A stretch of 64,000 nt of DNA from a bacterium (GCA_021818465.1 JAKAEA010000001.1:105972-169971); one strand, 5' to 3'; shown: positions 9,810 through 19,618, numbered from the stretch's first letter. A program made the numbers and translations. The notes: a model not told the origin generated them from the sequence alone.

Positions 9810-11352
9810 TGATTTTCATTTCCTGAAATTGTTGGACGATATTGAAAAGCTTCCAAAATTGCTTCTTGATCAATTTTTGTTTTTTCTGATAAATCGGTAA
9901 TTGTTTGGGCTATTTTTATTATTTTGTGATGTGCTCGCGCAGAAAGTGATAACTTTTTTGATAAGGTAATAAGTATTTTTTTGCAGCAGTATCCATAGGA
10001 AGATTGGTAATATCACGACTGGTTAAATCAACATTTTTGTTTCCACTGTGCCCTAATTTGCTCAGTCGTTGTTTTTGAATTTCACGAGCGCGAATAATGC
10101 GTTTTTGGAGGGAAACCATGTCGTAGGAAGTATTTTCGTGTGTGAGTAATTCATATTCAACTTCTTGAACAATAGTCCAAAGGTCTATTCTGTCTACAAT
10201 CGGGCCAGACAGACGTCGTTCGTAACGTCGACGTTCTTGAATAGAACACGTGCATTCTTTTTTGGTGGAGCCGAAATAACCACAAGGACAGGGGTTAAAA
10301 GCTACAATTAATATAATGTTTGCCGGTAGAGTTATTGTGCCGCCGCTGCGAGAAATGCGCACCACCCCCTCTTCTATTGGTTCGCGTAAGCTCTCTAGTA
10401 CCTGACGATTAAATTCAGGAAATTCATCAAGGAATAAGACGCCGTGATGTGCCAGTGTTAATTCTCCAGCGCGCGCTGGCCAGCCACTGCCCAGAATTGC
10501 ACTATAGGAGGCCGTGTGATGTGGCGATCGGAATGGCGGACGATTTTTAAAAGAAGAATTAAATCCATGTACTGAATAAATGCTCATTATTTCTAAACTT
10601 TCTTCCGACGATAGATCGGGTAGCAGATTATGAAAAGCCCGTGCAAGCATCGTTTTTCCAGTACCCGGCGGTCCCCATAGGGCGCAATGATGGCCGCCCG
10701 CAGCTGCAATTTCAAGCATACGTTTTGCTTGGAGATTACCTCGTATATCATTGAAGGTGGTTTCGTTTTCTGTTGTGGATGACTCATTTGTTTTTCTTGA
10801 AATGGCCGGCGATATTTTTACAGGACAAGAACGTTTTTTATCAATATGATCTAGAAGTTGATTAAGATGTGTGAATGGATATACAAAAATATCTTTAATG
10901 AGAGCTGCTTCAGCAGCACTTTCGGCGGGTATATACAACTCTTTAAAACCTAAGTGTTTCATTTCCCGAGCTATGGCAATAGTGCCAGGAATTGCACGAA
11001 CCTTACCATCCAAAGACAACTCGCCAAGAAATAATTTACCAGCTGGTTCAAAATATATTTCATCGGCAGCAAGTAAATAAGCCAAAGCCATGGGTACGTC
11101 AAAAATTGTGCCGCTTTTCTTTACATCGGCCGGAGCAAGTGACAAAACAACTTTATGATTTTTACTTTTCGGTGAAGTAAAGCCAGAATTTTTTATAGCA
11201 GCAGAAATACGATCCCATGCTTCTTCAACGGCTTTATCAGGTAGACCGACAATGGAAAAAGCATGCAGTCCGCGAGACAAATCTGCTTCAACAGAGATTG
11301 TGGTTACTTTTGCCAGTGTTGCTTGTGCAGCAAATACTGTTGCAAATGCCAT
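9806..11352 (-). CDS. comM: ComM/YifB Mg-chelatase-like AAA ATPase, with a one-base frameshift at 9976-9982
   Basis: IVGLPDKAV, GPPGTGKT, RSPHHTAS, LFLDEFPEF, NPCPCG; conserved tail LSARAHHKIIKIAQTITDL..ILEAFQYR lies in the -1 frame and ends at TAG 9806-9808. Confidence 0.9.
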
Positions 11353-11427
11353 ACGGTGAGCATAGCGTATTCATATTAAAATAATGCTGAAAAAAAACTA
11401 AAAATTTATAAATAATATATATATATA

Positions 11428-11799
11428 TTATTGATTCATGTGAGTTTTGCATGTGGTAGCGGCAGGATTCGCTTGTAAACGATCTTGTTCTATTTCTTTC
11501 CCACATATGCGACATTTTCCAAATTCATCTTCGTTGTGTTGTATTTTTTCTAGGGCCATATCAATCTCGTTAATGCGTTTCGTAAGACGACGTACTAAAG
11601 CAGTATTCCCACTGAAACTTTCTAAGCGATCTGCCACATCGCTTGCGTCAGACCTCACTGCATCTACGTCGACAACTTTTGGTTCCCATCGTGTGCCCGT
11701 TTCACTTTGAATGGGCACGCCAATCTCATGCAATTCGTGCATAAGAGCCGCTCTCTCTTCATCAAGTACTGTTTTGTATGCGGCAATGTTCTGTGACAT
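11428..11799 (-). CDS. DksA/TraR family zinc-finger protein
   Basis: Coiled-coil tip DASDVA (DxxDxA), FGKCRICG..RL.ANP.ATTCKTH. Confidence 0.88.
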   Translation of the reverse strand: MSQNIAAYKTVLDEERAALMHELHEIGVPIQSETGTRWEPKVVDVDAVRSDASDVADRLESFSGNTALVRRLTKRINEIDMALEKIQHNEDEFGKCRICGKEIEQDRLQANPAATTCKTHMNQ

Positions 11800-11811
11800 A
11801 AAATGTATTGT

Positions 11812-12969
11812 TTAATTAGAAAATTGGTACGATACAAGGCGATTAAATATTTCTTTCATTGCTGCGGTGCTCGTGGTAATTACCAAGACATTTTGTTCAG
11901 GAAATGAATACAATAAAAGCGGTTTTTGTCCAGGAATACCCAGGACACGCACATTTTTATTATCAATAAAAGTGTCAGAAAATGAAGGAGGCGTGGCAAG
12001 TGTAACTGTTGTTGAAGAAGTGCTTGAAGCTGTATATGAGGCAAATGCCGTAGTCGTTGCTATTGTGGTGGAAGCAACATTGGTGTGAATTTGAGAAGAT
12101 GCATAGAGTGGAGCAAGATCTGTTGCCATAGCAGGTTCCCACTGAAGCATGCCAGCAAAAGCGTTTGTATACGAATCTACCTGTACTATTAAAAACGGAT
12201 TCCACGAGGAACCATCGTGATAAAAACCGGTCATATAGGATTGGCCGATAGCTCTTATAAACCAAGACGGCATATGAGAAGCTCCCAGGTTAGTGAGAAA
12301 CATTTGTGCATTTACTGGTGTTGTGGTGCCACTATTGATGAGATCGATTGCAACAATGGTTGCTGGATCGTTTGCAAGTGTGTGTTTTGCATCAAGCCAA
12401 GCGTTTAGAGTGTTTTGATTAGGAGATACAGAAACTATTTTTGTATCATCGGCAGTGATAAGAGTTTTTGGAGGTGTGGCTTGTTGCGGTAGTGGTGTTT
12501 GTTTAATTAGACTGAAAATTGCATATCCTACTATCCCGATACTCGCAACTATGAGTACTAGTATACCAACGATAAGAACTATTTTTTTCAGACCGTCTTT
12601 GTGAAATAAGGTTTTTGAGGGGTGCGGTGTTGTGTGGGCATTGTCTTTTTTTTGAATTTGCTGAGCCGCAAGAGAAACAGCCGAAATATTTTTTTGCCTC
12701 GTCGCTTCTACAGCGTCACTTTCAAAAGTACGTATACTTGAAATTGTCTGGTCTTTTTTATGTAAATCATTAATGATAGTGTTTTTTTCCGTTGTGTTTA
12801 AATGTGGCGGTTGAGGCATTGTGTTAGCTGCTCGAAGTCCTTCAAGCGCAGTACCTCCAGCTTCAAGGTGAGGAGATGGTTGTCCACCAACAGAAGTGGG
12901 CTCACCTTTTTGGGGAAAGGTGTTTGTATTAAAGGGAGGTTGATTTTTTTTAGGGACGGGATTGTCCAT
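11812..12969 (-). CDS. Hypothetical bitopic membrane protein (CPR type)
   Basis: Disordered N-terminus, IRTFESD motif, one TM, AFAGMLQWE motif. Confidence 0.75.
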   Translation of the reverse strand: MDNPVPKKNQPPFNTNTFPQKGEPTSVGGQPSPHLEAGGTALEGLRAANTMPQPPHLNTTEKNTIINDLHKKDQTISSIRTFESDAVEATRQKNISAVSLAAQQIQKKDNAHTTPHPSKTLFHKDGLKKIVLIVGILVLIVASIGIVGYAIFSLIKQTPLPQQATPPKTLITADDTKIVSVSPNQNTLNAWLDAKHTLANDPATIVAIDLINSGTTTPVNAQMFLTNLGASHMPSWFIRAIGQSYMTGFYHDGSSWNPFLIVQVDSYTNAFAGMLQWEPAMATDLAPLYASSQIHTNVASTTIATTTAFASYTASSTSSTTVTLATPPSFSDTFIDNKNVRVLGIPGQKPLLLYSFPEQNVLVITTSTAAMKEIFNRLVSYQFSN

Positions 12970-12972
12970 ACA

Positions 12973-15117
12973 TTACATTTTTATATTGGGGTTTTTTATA
13001 AAAGTAGGATCGGCTTTTTGTATTGAAAGATTAATACGTTTTTTCTCATCTATTTCTTTAATAATAACAGGAACTTCTTGGCCGAGCTGTAATACGTCCG
13101 TTATTTTCTCTATGCGAAAAGGAGCTATTTCTGAGATATGAACAAGCCCTTCAGTGTTCGGTCCAATTTTTACGAACGCGCCAAAATCCATAAGGCGAGT
13201 AACGGTGCCTGTAAAGCGCTCACCTTTTTTGTATTCCTTGGTTAGTGCTTGGATAAAGTCTCTTGCTGATTCCGCCGCTCCTTCTCGGCCAGTGATAAAG
13301 ACTGTACCATCATCTTCTATAGTAATTTCTGCTCCGGTTTTTTCTTTAATACTTTTTATCATTTTACCATTAGGTCCAATGACCATACCAATCTGATTAA
13401 CGGCAATATTGATTGATATTATTTTAGGAGCACGAGGTGAAATGTCGGGTCGAGGTTTGGCAATGGTTTTTTGGAGAACAGCAATAATGGCAAGTCGCGC
13501 AGTTTTTGCTTTTTTAAGTGCTTCACTGAGGATAGAAATAGGAATACCGTTAACTTTAACATCCATTTGAATGGCTGTAATTCCATTTTTTGTTCCAGCA
13601 ACTTTAAAATCCATATCACCATGATGATCTTCAGGTCCTTGAATATCAGTAAGAAGAGCGTAGCGAAGGCCTTTTTTATCGTGCTCCATCATAAGTCCGG
13701 AAGCGATACCCGCTACTGGTTCAGTAATGGGTACACCACCATCCATAAGCGCAAGTGTGGAAGCACACACTGAAGCCATTGATGAAGAGCCATTGGAAGA
13801 CATTGTTTCTGATACAAGTCGAATAGTGTAGGGAAAAATTTCCTTAGGGGGTATGAGAGGTGTCAGTGCTTTTTCTGCTAATGCGCCGTGACCTATCATG
13901 CGACGATTTGTTCCTCCTAGTCGACCAGTTTCTCCAGTTGAAAATGGTGGAAAATTATAATGATGCATAAACCGCTTTGCTTCTTGAACAGTAGCCCCAT
14001 CAATTATTTGTGCATCGTTTGGTCCGCCGAGGGTGAGTGCGGAAAAAACGTGAGTTTCTCCGCGATAGAAAATACCCGAACCGTGTAAAACAGGAGAAAC
14101 GCCACCTGCCTGTGCAAAAAGAGAACGAATTTCATCAAGGCCTCGACCGTCAGCGCGACGACCTTTTTCTATAGCTTCACGGTGCAATACAACGTTTATT
14201 TCATCCTCGAACCATTCATCAGCAAGAGTAATTTCATCAGCAAAACTGGCGGAACAGATTTCTAGCCATTCTTTTTTAAGATTATCGATAGTGTCTTTAC
14301 CTGCTTTGCCGCTAAAAACAGCTGTATCCAAGCGCGGCTCAAATTCTGCTTTAAATTTTTCTTTAGCACTATCAGAAAGTTCTTTACGCTCCAGAATAAT
14401 TTTTTCTTTTCCGCGATCAGCAATGATATGTTTTTGAAACTCTTGAATTTTTTCAATTTCTTGGTTTGCTCGTTGCAGAGCGGCGGTGATTAGCTCATCA
14501 GAAACTTGGCGAGCGCCAACCTCAATCATGTTGATACAAGAATCTTTACCGCAAGCAACCATATCAAGTTCGAAGTCGATGTGATTTCGGTATGTATAGG
14601 TTGGATTGATTTCAAATTCAGGTACGTCACTCTCTGGTAAATCTTTTTTAATTTTACCGATTCGAACGGCGCTTACTGGACCGTTCCAGGGAATATTTGA
14701 TACGCCCAGAGCGAGTGATGCGGCAATAACAGCCAAGGTATTTGGATCATCCTCGTCAATTGAGAGAATAGTAATAACCACCTGTACTTCACGGCGAATA
14801 TGAGAAGCAAAAAGCGGTCGAATTGTCCGATCGACAATTCGACCGCTCAGAATAGCTTCATCAGAAGGTTTTCCTTCTCGTCGAGCAAAACGAGAACCTA
14901 AAATTTGTCCTGACGCATAAAATTTCTCTTCATAATCAACAACAAGTGGGAAAAAATCAATCCCCTCCCGATCCTTTTCACTCATGACCGCTGTTGCTAA
15001 TACGATGGTATTACCGTAACGAACCGTCACCGAACCATTGGCCTGCATAGCCAAATCAGAAAATTCAGCAACAAGCTTTTTGTCGCCAATATCTATAGAA
15101 TATTCTTTTTTTTCCAT
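12973..15117 (-). CDS. pnp: Polyribonucleotide nucleotidyltransferase
   Basis: FFPLVVDYEEK, SNGSSSMAS, GDMDFKVAG, KH and S1 domains. Confidence 0.98.
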   Translation of the reverse strand: MEKKEYSIDIGDKKLVAEFSDLAMQANGSVTVRYGNTIVLATAVMSEKDREGIDFFPLVVDYEEKFYASGQILGSRFARREGKPSDEAILSGRIVDRTIRPLFASHIRREVQVVITILSIDEDDPNTLAVIAASLALGVSNIPWNGPVSAVRIGKIKKDLPESDVPEFEINPTYTYRNHIDFELDMVACGKDSCINMIEVGARQVSDELITAALQRANQEIEKIQEFQKHIIADRGKEKIILERKELSDSAKEKFKAEFEPRLDTAVFSGKAGKDTIDNLKKEWLEICSASFADEITLADEWFEDEINVVLHREAIEKGRRADGRGLDEIRSLFAQAGGVSPVLHGSGIFYRGETHVFSALTLGGPNDAQIIDGATVQEAKRFMHHYNFPPFSTGETGRLGGTNRRMIGHGALAEKALTPLIPPKEIFPYTIRLVSETMSSNGSSSMASVCASTLALMDGGVPITEPVAGIASGLMMEHDKKGLRYALLTDIQGPEDHHGDMDFKVAGTKNGITAIQMDVKVNGIPISILSEALKKAKTARLAIIAVLQKTIAKPRPDISPRAPKIISINIAVNQIGMVIGPNGKMIKSIKEKTGAEITIEDDGTVFITGREGAAESARDFIQALTKEYKKGERFTGTVTRLMDFGAFVKIGPNTEGLVHISEIAPFRIEKITDVLQLGQEVPVIIKEIDEKKRINLSIQKADPTFIKNPNIKM

Positions 15118-15129
15118 TCCCCTATCCTA

Positions 15130-15687
15130 TCAAATTTTCTTCGTTTTTTCTCGCTGGTTATTTTTACTTGTGTACATACTATGACCAAGCAGGTAGCGGC
15201 GCGGATTTTTTGCTAAATCTAGAAATTCATCAACTGATTCTTTAAGGCGTTGTGAGGATGATTGACTGAAAGACGCTGCTTCCACACGACATCCTTGGTT
15301 TGTTTTCAAATATTCAATCAGGGGTACAAAATCTCCATCGCCAGAAACAATAATAACCACGTCGAGTTTCGGTGCTAGTTTTATGGCATCCACAGCTAGT
15401 CCTACATCCCAATCAGCTTTTTTTGCACCACCGGCAAACACTTGAAGATCTTTTGTGCGTACTTCTATACCCATTTTTTCCAATGCTTCAAAAAAATTTC
15501 GCTCATCACCCGTTTCTGTAGTAATAACATACGCCATCGCTCTAATTAATGTTCGGCCAGCTAAAACATCTTTAACTACCTGGCCAAAATTTACACGAGA
15601 ACCATAAAGGTTTCGAGCGCTGTGATACAAATTTTGAGCATCTATGAAGATGCCAACTCGTTGTTCCTTATGCTTTGCTGCGGGCAT
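15130..15687 (-). CDS. NYN domain (LabA/DUF88) PIN-like nuclease
   Basis: FIDAQNL, KADWDV, VSGDGDF motifs. Confidence 0.92.
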   Translation of the reverse strand: MPAAKHKEQRVGIFIDAQNLYHSARNLYGSRVNFGQVVKDVLAGRTLIRAMAYVITTETGDERNFFEALEKMGIEVRTKDLQVFAGGAKKADWDVGLAVDAIKLAPKLDVVIIVSGDGDFVPLIEYLKTNQGCRVEAASFSQSSSQRLKESVDEFLDLAKNPRRYLLGHSMYTSKNNQREKTKKI

Positions 15688-15960
15688 TTAAGCTTTCTTC
15701 TTAAGATTCAATTTTTTTGCTAAGGCGTTGTAGCGGCGTGGATTTTTTTTGTGCAAATATTTAAGATGGCTTTGTCGGTTAGCAACCATGTGCAACAAGC
15801 CGCGACGAGAATGCTTGTCCTTAGCGTGTTTTTTAAGGTGAGTTGTTAACTCTTCAATTTGTCGAGTTAATAAGGCGATTTGCACTTCTGGAGAGCCCGT
15901 GTCACTTCCATGAACAGCTACTTCCTTAATGATATTCTGTTTTTTCGTCTTAGTTAGCAT
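15688..15960 (-). CDS. rpsO: 30S ribosomal protein S15
   Basis: DTGSPEVQIA, KDKHSRRGL; start moved to MLTKTKK. Confidence 0.97.
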   Translation of the reverse strand: MLTKTKKQNIIKEVAVHGSDTGSPEVQIALLTRQIEELTTHLKKHAKDKHSRRGLLHMVANRQSHLKYLHKKNPRRYNALAKKLNLKKKA

Positions 15961-16042
15961 AGCTAGGATAATAGCATAAATCAAAAAAAAAGCAAGTAGT
16001 CATAGTAGTATGTCGTTCTCTGGTATACTGCGTATATAGTAT

Positions 16043-16984
16043 ATGACTCTTCAAGAATTACAACGACAATTTCTAGAATATCTAGAGATAGAGCGCGGTC
16101 GAAGTTTGCGTACAGTTTCTAATTATGAGCATTATTTAAGCCGTTTTTTTGAGCAAACCAAAATAAAATTTCCCAAAGATATTACCGATTCGGTCGTCAG
16201 AGAATTCCGTTTGTGGCTCAACCGTCAAAGCGCTGGTAATAGATCTGGTCGTGGGATAGCTCACCACGAGACGCTTAAAAAAAAGACTCAAAATTATTAC
16301 TTAATAGCACTTCGCTCTTTTTTAAAATATCTTGTTCGTCAGAATATTTCTTCTCTTGCTCCGGAACGTATTGAGTTAGCAAAAACTCCAGAGCGTTCCA
16401 TAGATCTTATTTCATCAGTAGAGCTTGATCGGCTTCTTGCTGCTCCGACGGGTTCAGATTTAAAATCGCTACGTGATAAAGCAATTTTGGAATTACTTTT
16501 TTCAACAGGTTTGCGTGTTTCTGAACTTTGCTCTCTTCCTACTGATCTCGATATTTCTAAAGATGAGTTTTCTGTGCGCGGCAAGGGAGAAAAAGTAAGG
16601 GTAGTTTTTTTGTCAGCGTCAGCCCGTCAGGCTCTTAAGATGTATCTCTCTAAACGTAACGATATGGATGACGCACTATTTATTCATTATGGTAATCAAG
16701 CTAAAGTTCTTAAAAAACAAGGAAAATCACTTCGCTTAACCACGCGCTCGGTACAGAGAATTATTAAACATTACGCGGCCATCGCTGGCATAACTAAAAA
16801 TGTTACACCACATATTGTTCGACATAGTTTTGCCACAGACTTACTTGCTAATGGTGCTGACTTACGTTCTGTGCAGGCGCTTCTCGGTCATGCTAATATT
16901 GCCACCACACAAGTGTATACACACGTAACTGATGCTCATCTAAAAGAAATTCATAAAAAATTTCACGGCAAAATGAGAAAATAG
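16043..16984 (+). CDS. XerC/XerD-type tyrosine recombinase
   Basis: RD.AILELLFSTGLRVSEL, GKGEK, TPHIVRHSFAT, LLGH..TTQVY; Xer-type N-terminal domain. Confidence 0.93.
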   Translation: MTLQELQRQFLEYLEIERGRSLRTVSNYEHYLSRFFEQTKIKFPKDITDSVVREFRLWLNRQSAGNRSGRGIAHHETLKKKTQNYYLIALRSFLKYLVRQNISSLAPERIELAKTPERSIDLISSVELDRLLAAPTGSDLKSLRDKAILELLFSTGLRVSELCSLPTDLDISKDEFSVRGKGEKVRVVFLSASARQALKMYLSKRNDMDDALFIHYGNQAKVLKKQGKSLRLTTRSVQRIIKHYAAIAGITKNVTPHIVRHSFATDLLANGADLRSVQALLGHANIATTQVYTHVTDAHLKEIHKKFHGKMRK

Positions 16985-16985
16985 T

Positions 16986-17759
16986 ATGAAATTTATTTCT
17001 TGGAATGTTAACGGTCTCAGGGCTTTATATAGAAAAGGAAATTTTTCTTGGTTATTGGAACATGACGCCGATTTTATTTGTCTTCAGGAAGTAAAAGCTG
17101 AACCCGAACAGCTCCCAGAAGATTTAAAAAATCTATCAGGATATCACTCTTATTTTGATTTCTCTAAAACTCGTAAAGGATACAGTGGCGTTGCTGTGTA
17201 TGCTAGGCAAAAACCTGAAAAAGTGGCTTACAATATGGGCATTCCAGAACTTGATCAGGAAGGTCGTCTCATTGCCCTTTTCTATAAAGAGTTTGTTGTA
17301 TTGAATGTATATTTTCCTAATGGTGGTGGTGGTCCAGAACGTCTTAATTACAAATTACGTTTTTATGATGCTTTCTTGGAGTATATAGAAAATCTCCATA
17401 TCGCTGAACATAAAAAAATTATTTTTTGTGGTGATGTTAATACTGCTCATGAGGCAATCGATCTCGCTCGCCCAAAAGAAAATGAAAAAAATACTGGTTT
17501 TTTACCAGAAGAGCGAGCTTGGCTCGATGAGGTTGTTGCTCATGGTTACGTGGATGTATTTCGACATTTGTATCCAACAAAAAAAGATGTGTATACATAT
17601 TGGGATATGAAGACGGCGGCACGTGAGCGTAATGTTGGGTGGCGAATTGATTATTTTTTTATTTCAAATGATATTTTACCCCACCTTTCTTCTACGAAAG
17701 TTCATAGTGCTATTTTAGGCTCGGACCATTGTCCTATTGAAATGACCCTTTCTTTGTAA
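16986..17759 (+). CDS. xth: Exodeoxyribonuclease III
   Basis: SWNVNG, LQEVK, GDVN, GWRIDY, SDHCP. Confidence 0.96.
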   Translation: MKFISWNVNGLRALYRKGNFSWLLEHDADFICLQEVKAEPEQLPEDLKNLSGYHSYFDFSKTRKGYSGVAVYARQKPEKVAYNMGIPELDQEGRLIALFYKEFVVLNVYFPNGGGGPERLNYKLRFYDAFLEYIENLHIAEHKKIIFCGDVNTAHEAIDLARPKENEKNTGFLPEERAWLDEVVAHGYVDVFRHLYPTKKDVYTYWDMKTAARERNVGWRIDYFFISNDILPHLSSTKVHSAILGSDHCPIEMTLSL

Positions 17760-17778
17760 GGAAATTTTCCTTAAAAAT

Positions 17779-17806
17779 TTGACATAAAAAAAATATTCAT
17801 TATAAT
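17779..17806 (+). promoter_or_regulatory. Consensus sigma70 promoter with no protein gene downstream
   Basis: TTGACA (17779-17784), 16 bp, TATAAT (17801-17806); second candidate TTGAAT-16-TATACT at 17831-17858. Confidence 0.65.
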
Positions 17807-17812
17807 TTTTAC

Positions 17813-18078
17813 TTTTCCACAGGGCCATTCTTGAATTTGTCGGTAACGAGACTATACTGTCTACAGAGATTGGATTGTATGAGATGTGTTGAGAAAGAAA
17901 TGATCACGTTGGTTCGCCAATAAGATCATGTAATCATTCTCCCATCACAAATGCATAATTCATCCAATCAGTAGTACTTTAGTACACACCCTGCTTTCTC
18001 TAATACGTATCAGATAGTTCTTTTAACAGAAAGCAGATAATATACAAAGGACCTTGACCTCTGTCAGGGTCCTTTTTT
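17813..18078 (+). ncRNA. Candidate structured non-coding RNA of unknown family
   Basis: Lies between promoter and terminator; nested helices GATTGGAT/ATCCAATC, GAGAA/TTCTC, ATGATC/GATCAT, TTGG-TTCG-CCAA; second hairpin CTGCTTTCT/AGAAAGCAG. Confidence 0.6.
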
Positions 18079-18079
18079 T
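18046..18079. terminator. Intrinsic terminator, stronger on + strand, possibly bidirectional
   Basis: AAAGGACCTTGAC-CTCT-GTCAGGGTCCTTT followed by T run. Confidence 0.85.
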
Positions 18080-19541
18080 ATCTTATAAAATGTTTTTTAT
18101 GGATATTGCCAATCTCCTTCTGTTCTTCTTGAGCAGCCTTATCTTTCGCTTTTTTATCAAGATCGAGTAGTTCTTTTTCGTTCAACTGCTGTAATTCCTT
18201 TGCTCTAGTATTCAAGTATTCTGCAGTATTTAATGTGGGGTTTTCTAATACTTCTTCCAGAAGAATACGCAAAATAAAGCCTATTTTAGGCCCCGGTTTC
18301 TCTCCGGTCATCTCCATAATTTTACGACCATCAACCTTAAGCATTCCGACAGATATTGGGTCACGCAATACCTCATCAATCATTGCGTGGTATTTACGTA
18401 ATCGATAGGGATTCTCTTTGGGGCGGCCGGTACCAATGCGATCAGCCGCACGAACATCCATTAAGCTCCAAATATTTTCCTTTCCAACACGAGTTACTAT
18501 TCGACGTACTGCTGAATGTGTCAGTGTCTCGGTATCAGCAAAAAACATGTGCCAGCGAACAAGTTTCGTTACTTTTTCAGAAATTTTTTTAGGAAATTTT
18601 AAATCAGTAAGAATTTTTTGTGTCATTCGCGCACCCACAACTTCATGTCCATAAAAAGTCCATTTAGTCTCCCCTTTTTTTCTGGTTACTGGCTTCCCTA
18701 TGTCGTGGAAAAGTGCCGCAAGACGAATTTCCAGTGGCCAACCCCTGTCGGCTGTGTGTTGCAGTGAGCGAAGTAAATGTTCCCAGACATCGTATGTGTG
18801 TATCCCCCCTTGATCAATACCAATACCTTTCTCTAGTTCTAAAGAAATAAATCGTAAAATACCAACTTTATGAGCAATTTCCAATCCCCTTTTAGGTTTG
18901 TCAGACATAAGTATTTTGATAAATTCATCACGAATTCTTTCTTTAGAAATTTTTTCGAGCAATTGGGAATTATTAAGAATCGCTTCTTCAGTATTTTTTT
19001 CCATAACAAAATCGAGTTCTGCGCAAAAACGGATAGCCCGAAGCATTCGTAAAGCATCTTCTGAAAAACGATCAGTCGGTTTCCCAACAGTCCTGATGGT
19101 TTTATTTTTTATATCATCTTGCCCGTGATATGGGTCACGAATATTTCCTCGTATATCCAAAGCCATTGCGTTAATCGTGAAATCTCGTCTTTGCAGGTCA
19201 TCATTAAGATTTTCCGCAAATGTTACCGTTTCGGGGTGTCTATTGTCAGTATATCCGCCTTCAATTCTATATGGAGTAACCTCGACTATTTTTAATGTTT
19301 CATCAGAAACATCATCATTAACTACCGCTACCGTACCATAAGTGTTTTCATAGAATGTATGAGGAAAAAGTTTTTGAATTTTTTCAGGATGCGCATTTGT
19401 TGTAATATCCCAATCTTTTGGTTTTTGATCGTACAAAAGATCGCGAACGCACCCTCCTACAAGATAAGCCTCAAAACCAGCGTTTTCTAGGGTTTGGGTA
19501 ATATGTAAAACTATATGGGGTATTTTTTTAATAATTGACAT
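18078..19541 (-). CDS. cca: CCA tRNA nucleotidyltransferase with HD domain
   Basis: LVGGCVRD, DWD, RRDFTINA, EDALRMLR, FHDIGK. Confidence 0.93.
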   Translation of the reverse strand: MSIIKKIPHIVLHITQTLENAGFEAYLVGGCVRDLLYDQKPKDWDITTNAHPEKIQKLFPHTFYENTYGTVAVVNDDVSDETLKIVEVTPYRIEGGYTDNRHPETVTFAENLNDDLQRRDFTINAMALDIRGNIRDPYHGQDDIKNKTIRTVGKPTDRFSEDALRMLRAIRFCAELDFVMEKNTEEAILNNSQLLEKISKERIRDEFIKILMSDKPKRGLEIAHKVGILRFISLELEKGIGIDQGGIHTYDVWEHLLRSLQHTADRGWPLEIRLAALFHDIGKPVTRKKGETKWTFYGHEVVGARMTQKILTDLKFPKKISEKVTKLVRWHMFFADTETLTHSAVRRIVTRVGKENIWSLMDVRAADRIGTGRPKENPYRLRKYHAMIDEVLRDPISVGMLKVDGRKIMEMTGEKPGPKIGFILRILLEEVLENPTLNTAEYLNTRAKELQQLNEKELLDLDKKAKDKAAQEEQKEIGNIHKKHFIR

Positions 19542-19618
19542 ATTTATCTATATTATGCATTATTTTTTGCTTTTTATCTAGTAACAACGTATCATTTGGT
19601 GGTTCTTGAATTAAAATT

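Noticed and set aside
11411-11432. Perfect 22-bp AT palindrome AATAATATATATATATATTATT
   Set aside because: Low-complexity (AT)n tract; function not supportable
16043-16984. Tyrosine recombinase as integrase of a prophage or island
   Set aside because: Xer-like size and motifs, coupled to xth, housekeeping neighbours, no att repeats or cargo seen
17813-18045. Orphan RNA as tmRNA, RNase P RNA or SRP RNA
   Set aside because: No tRNA-like GGGG..CCA ends or tag ending in AA, no GAGGAAAGUCC, no CAGG-GNRA-AGCA helix 8
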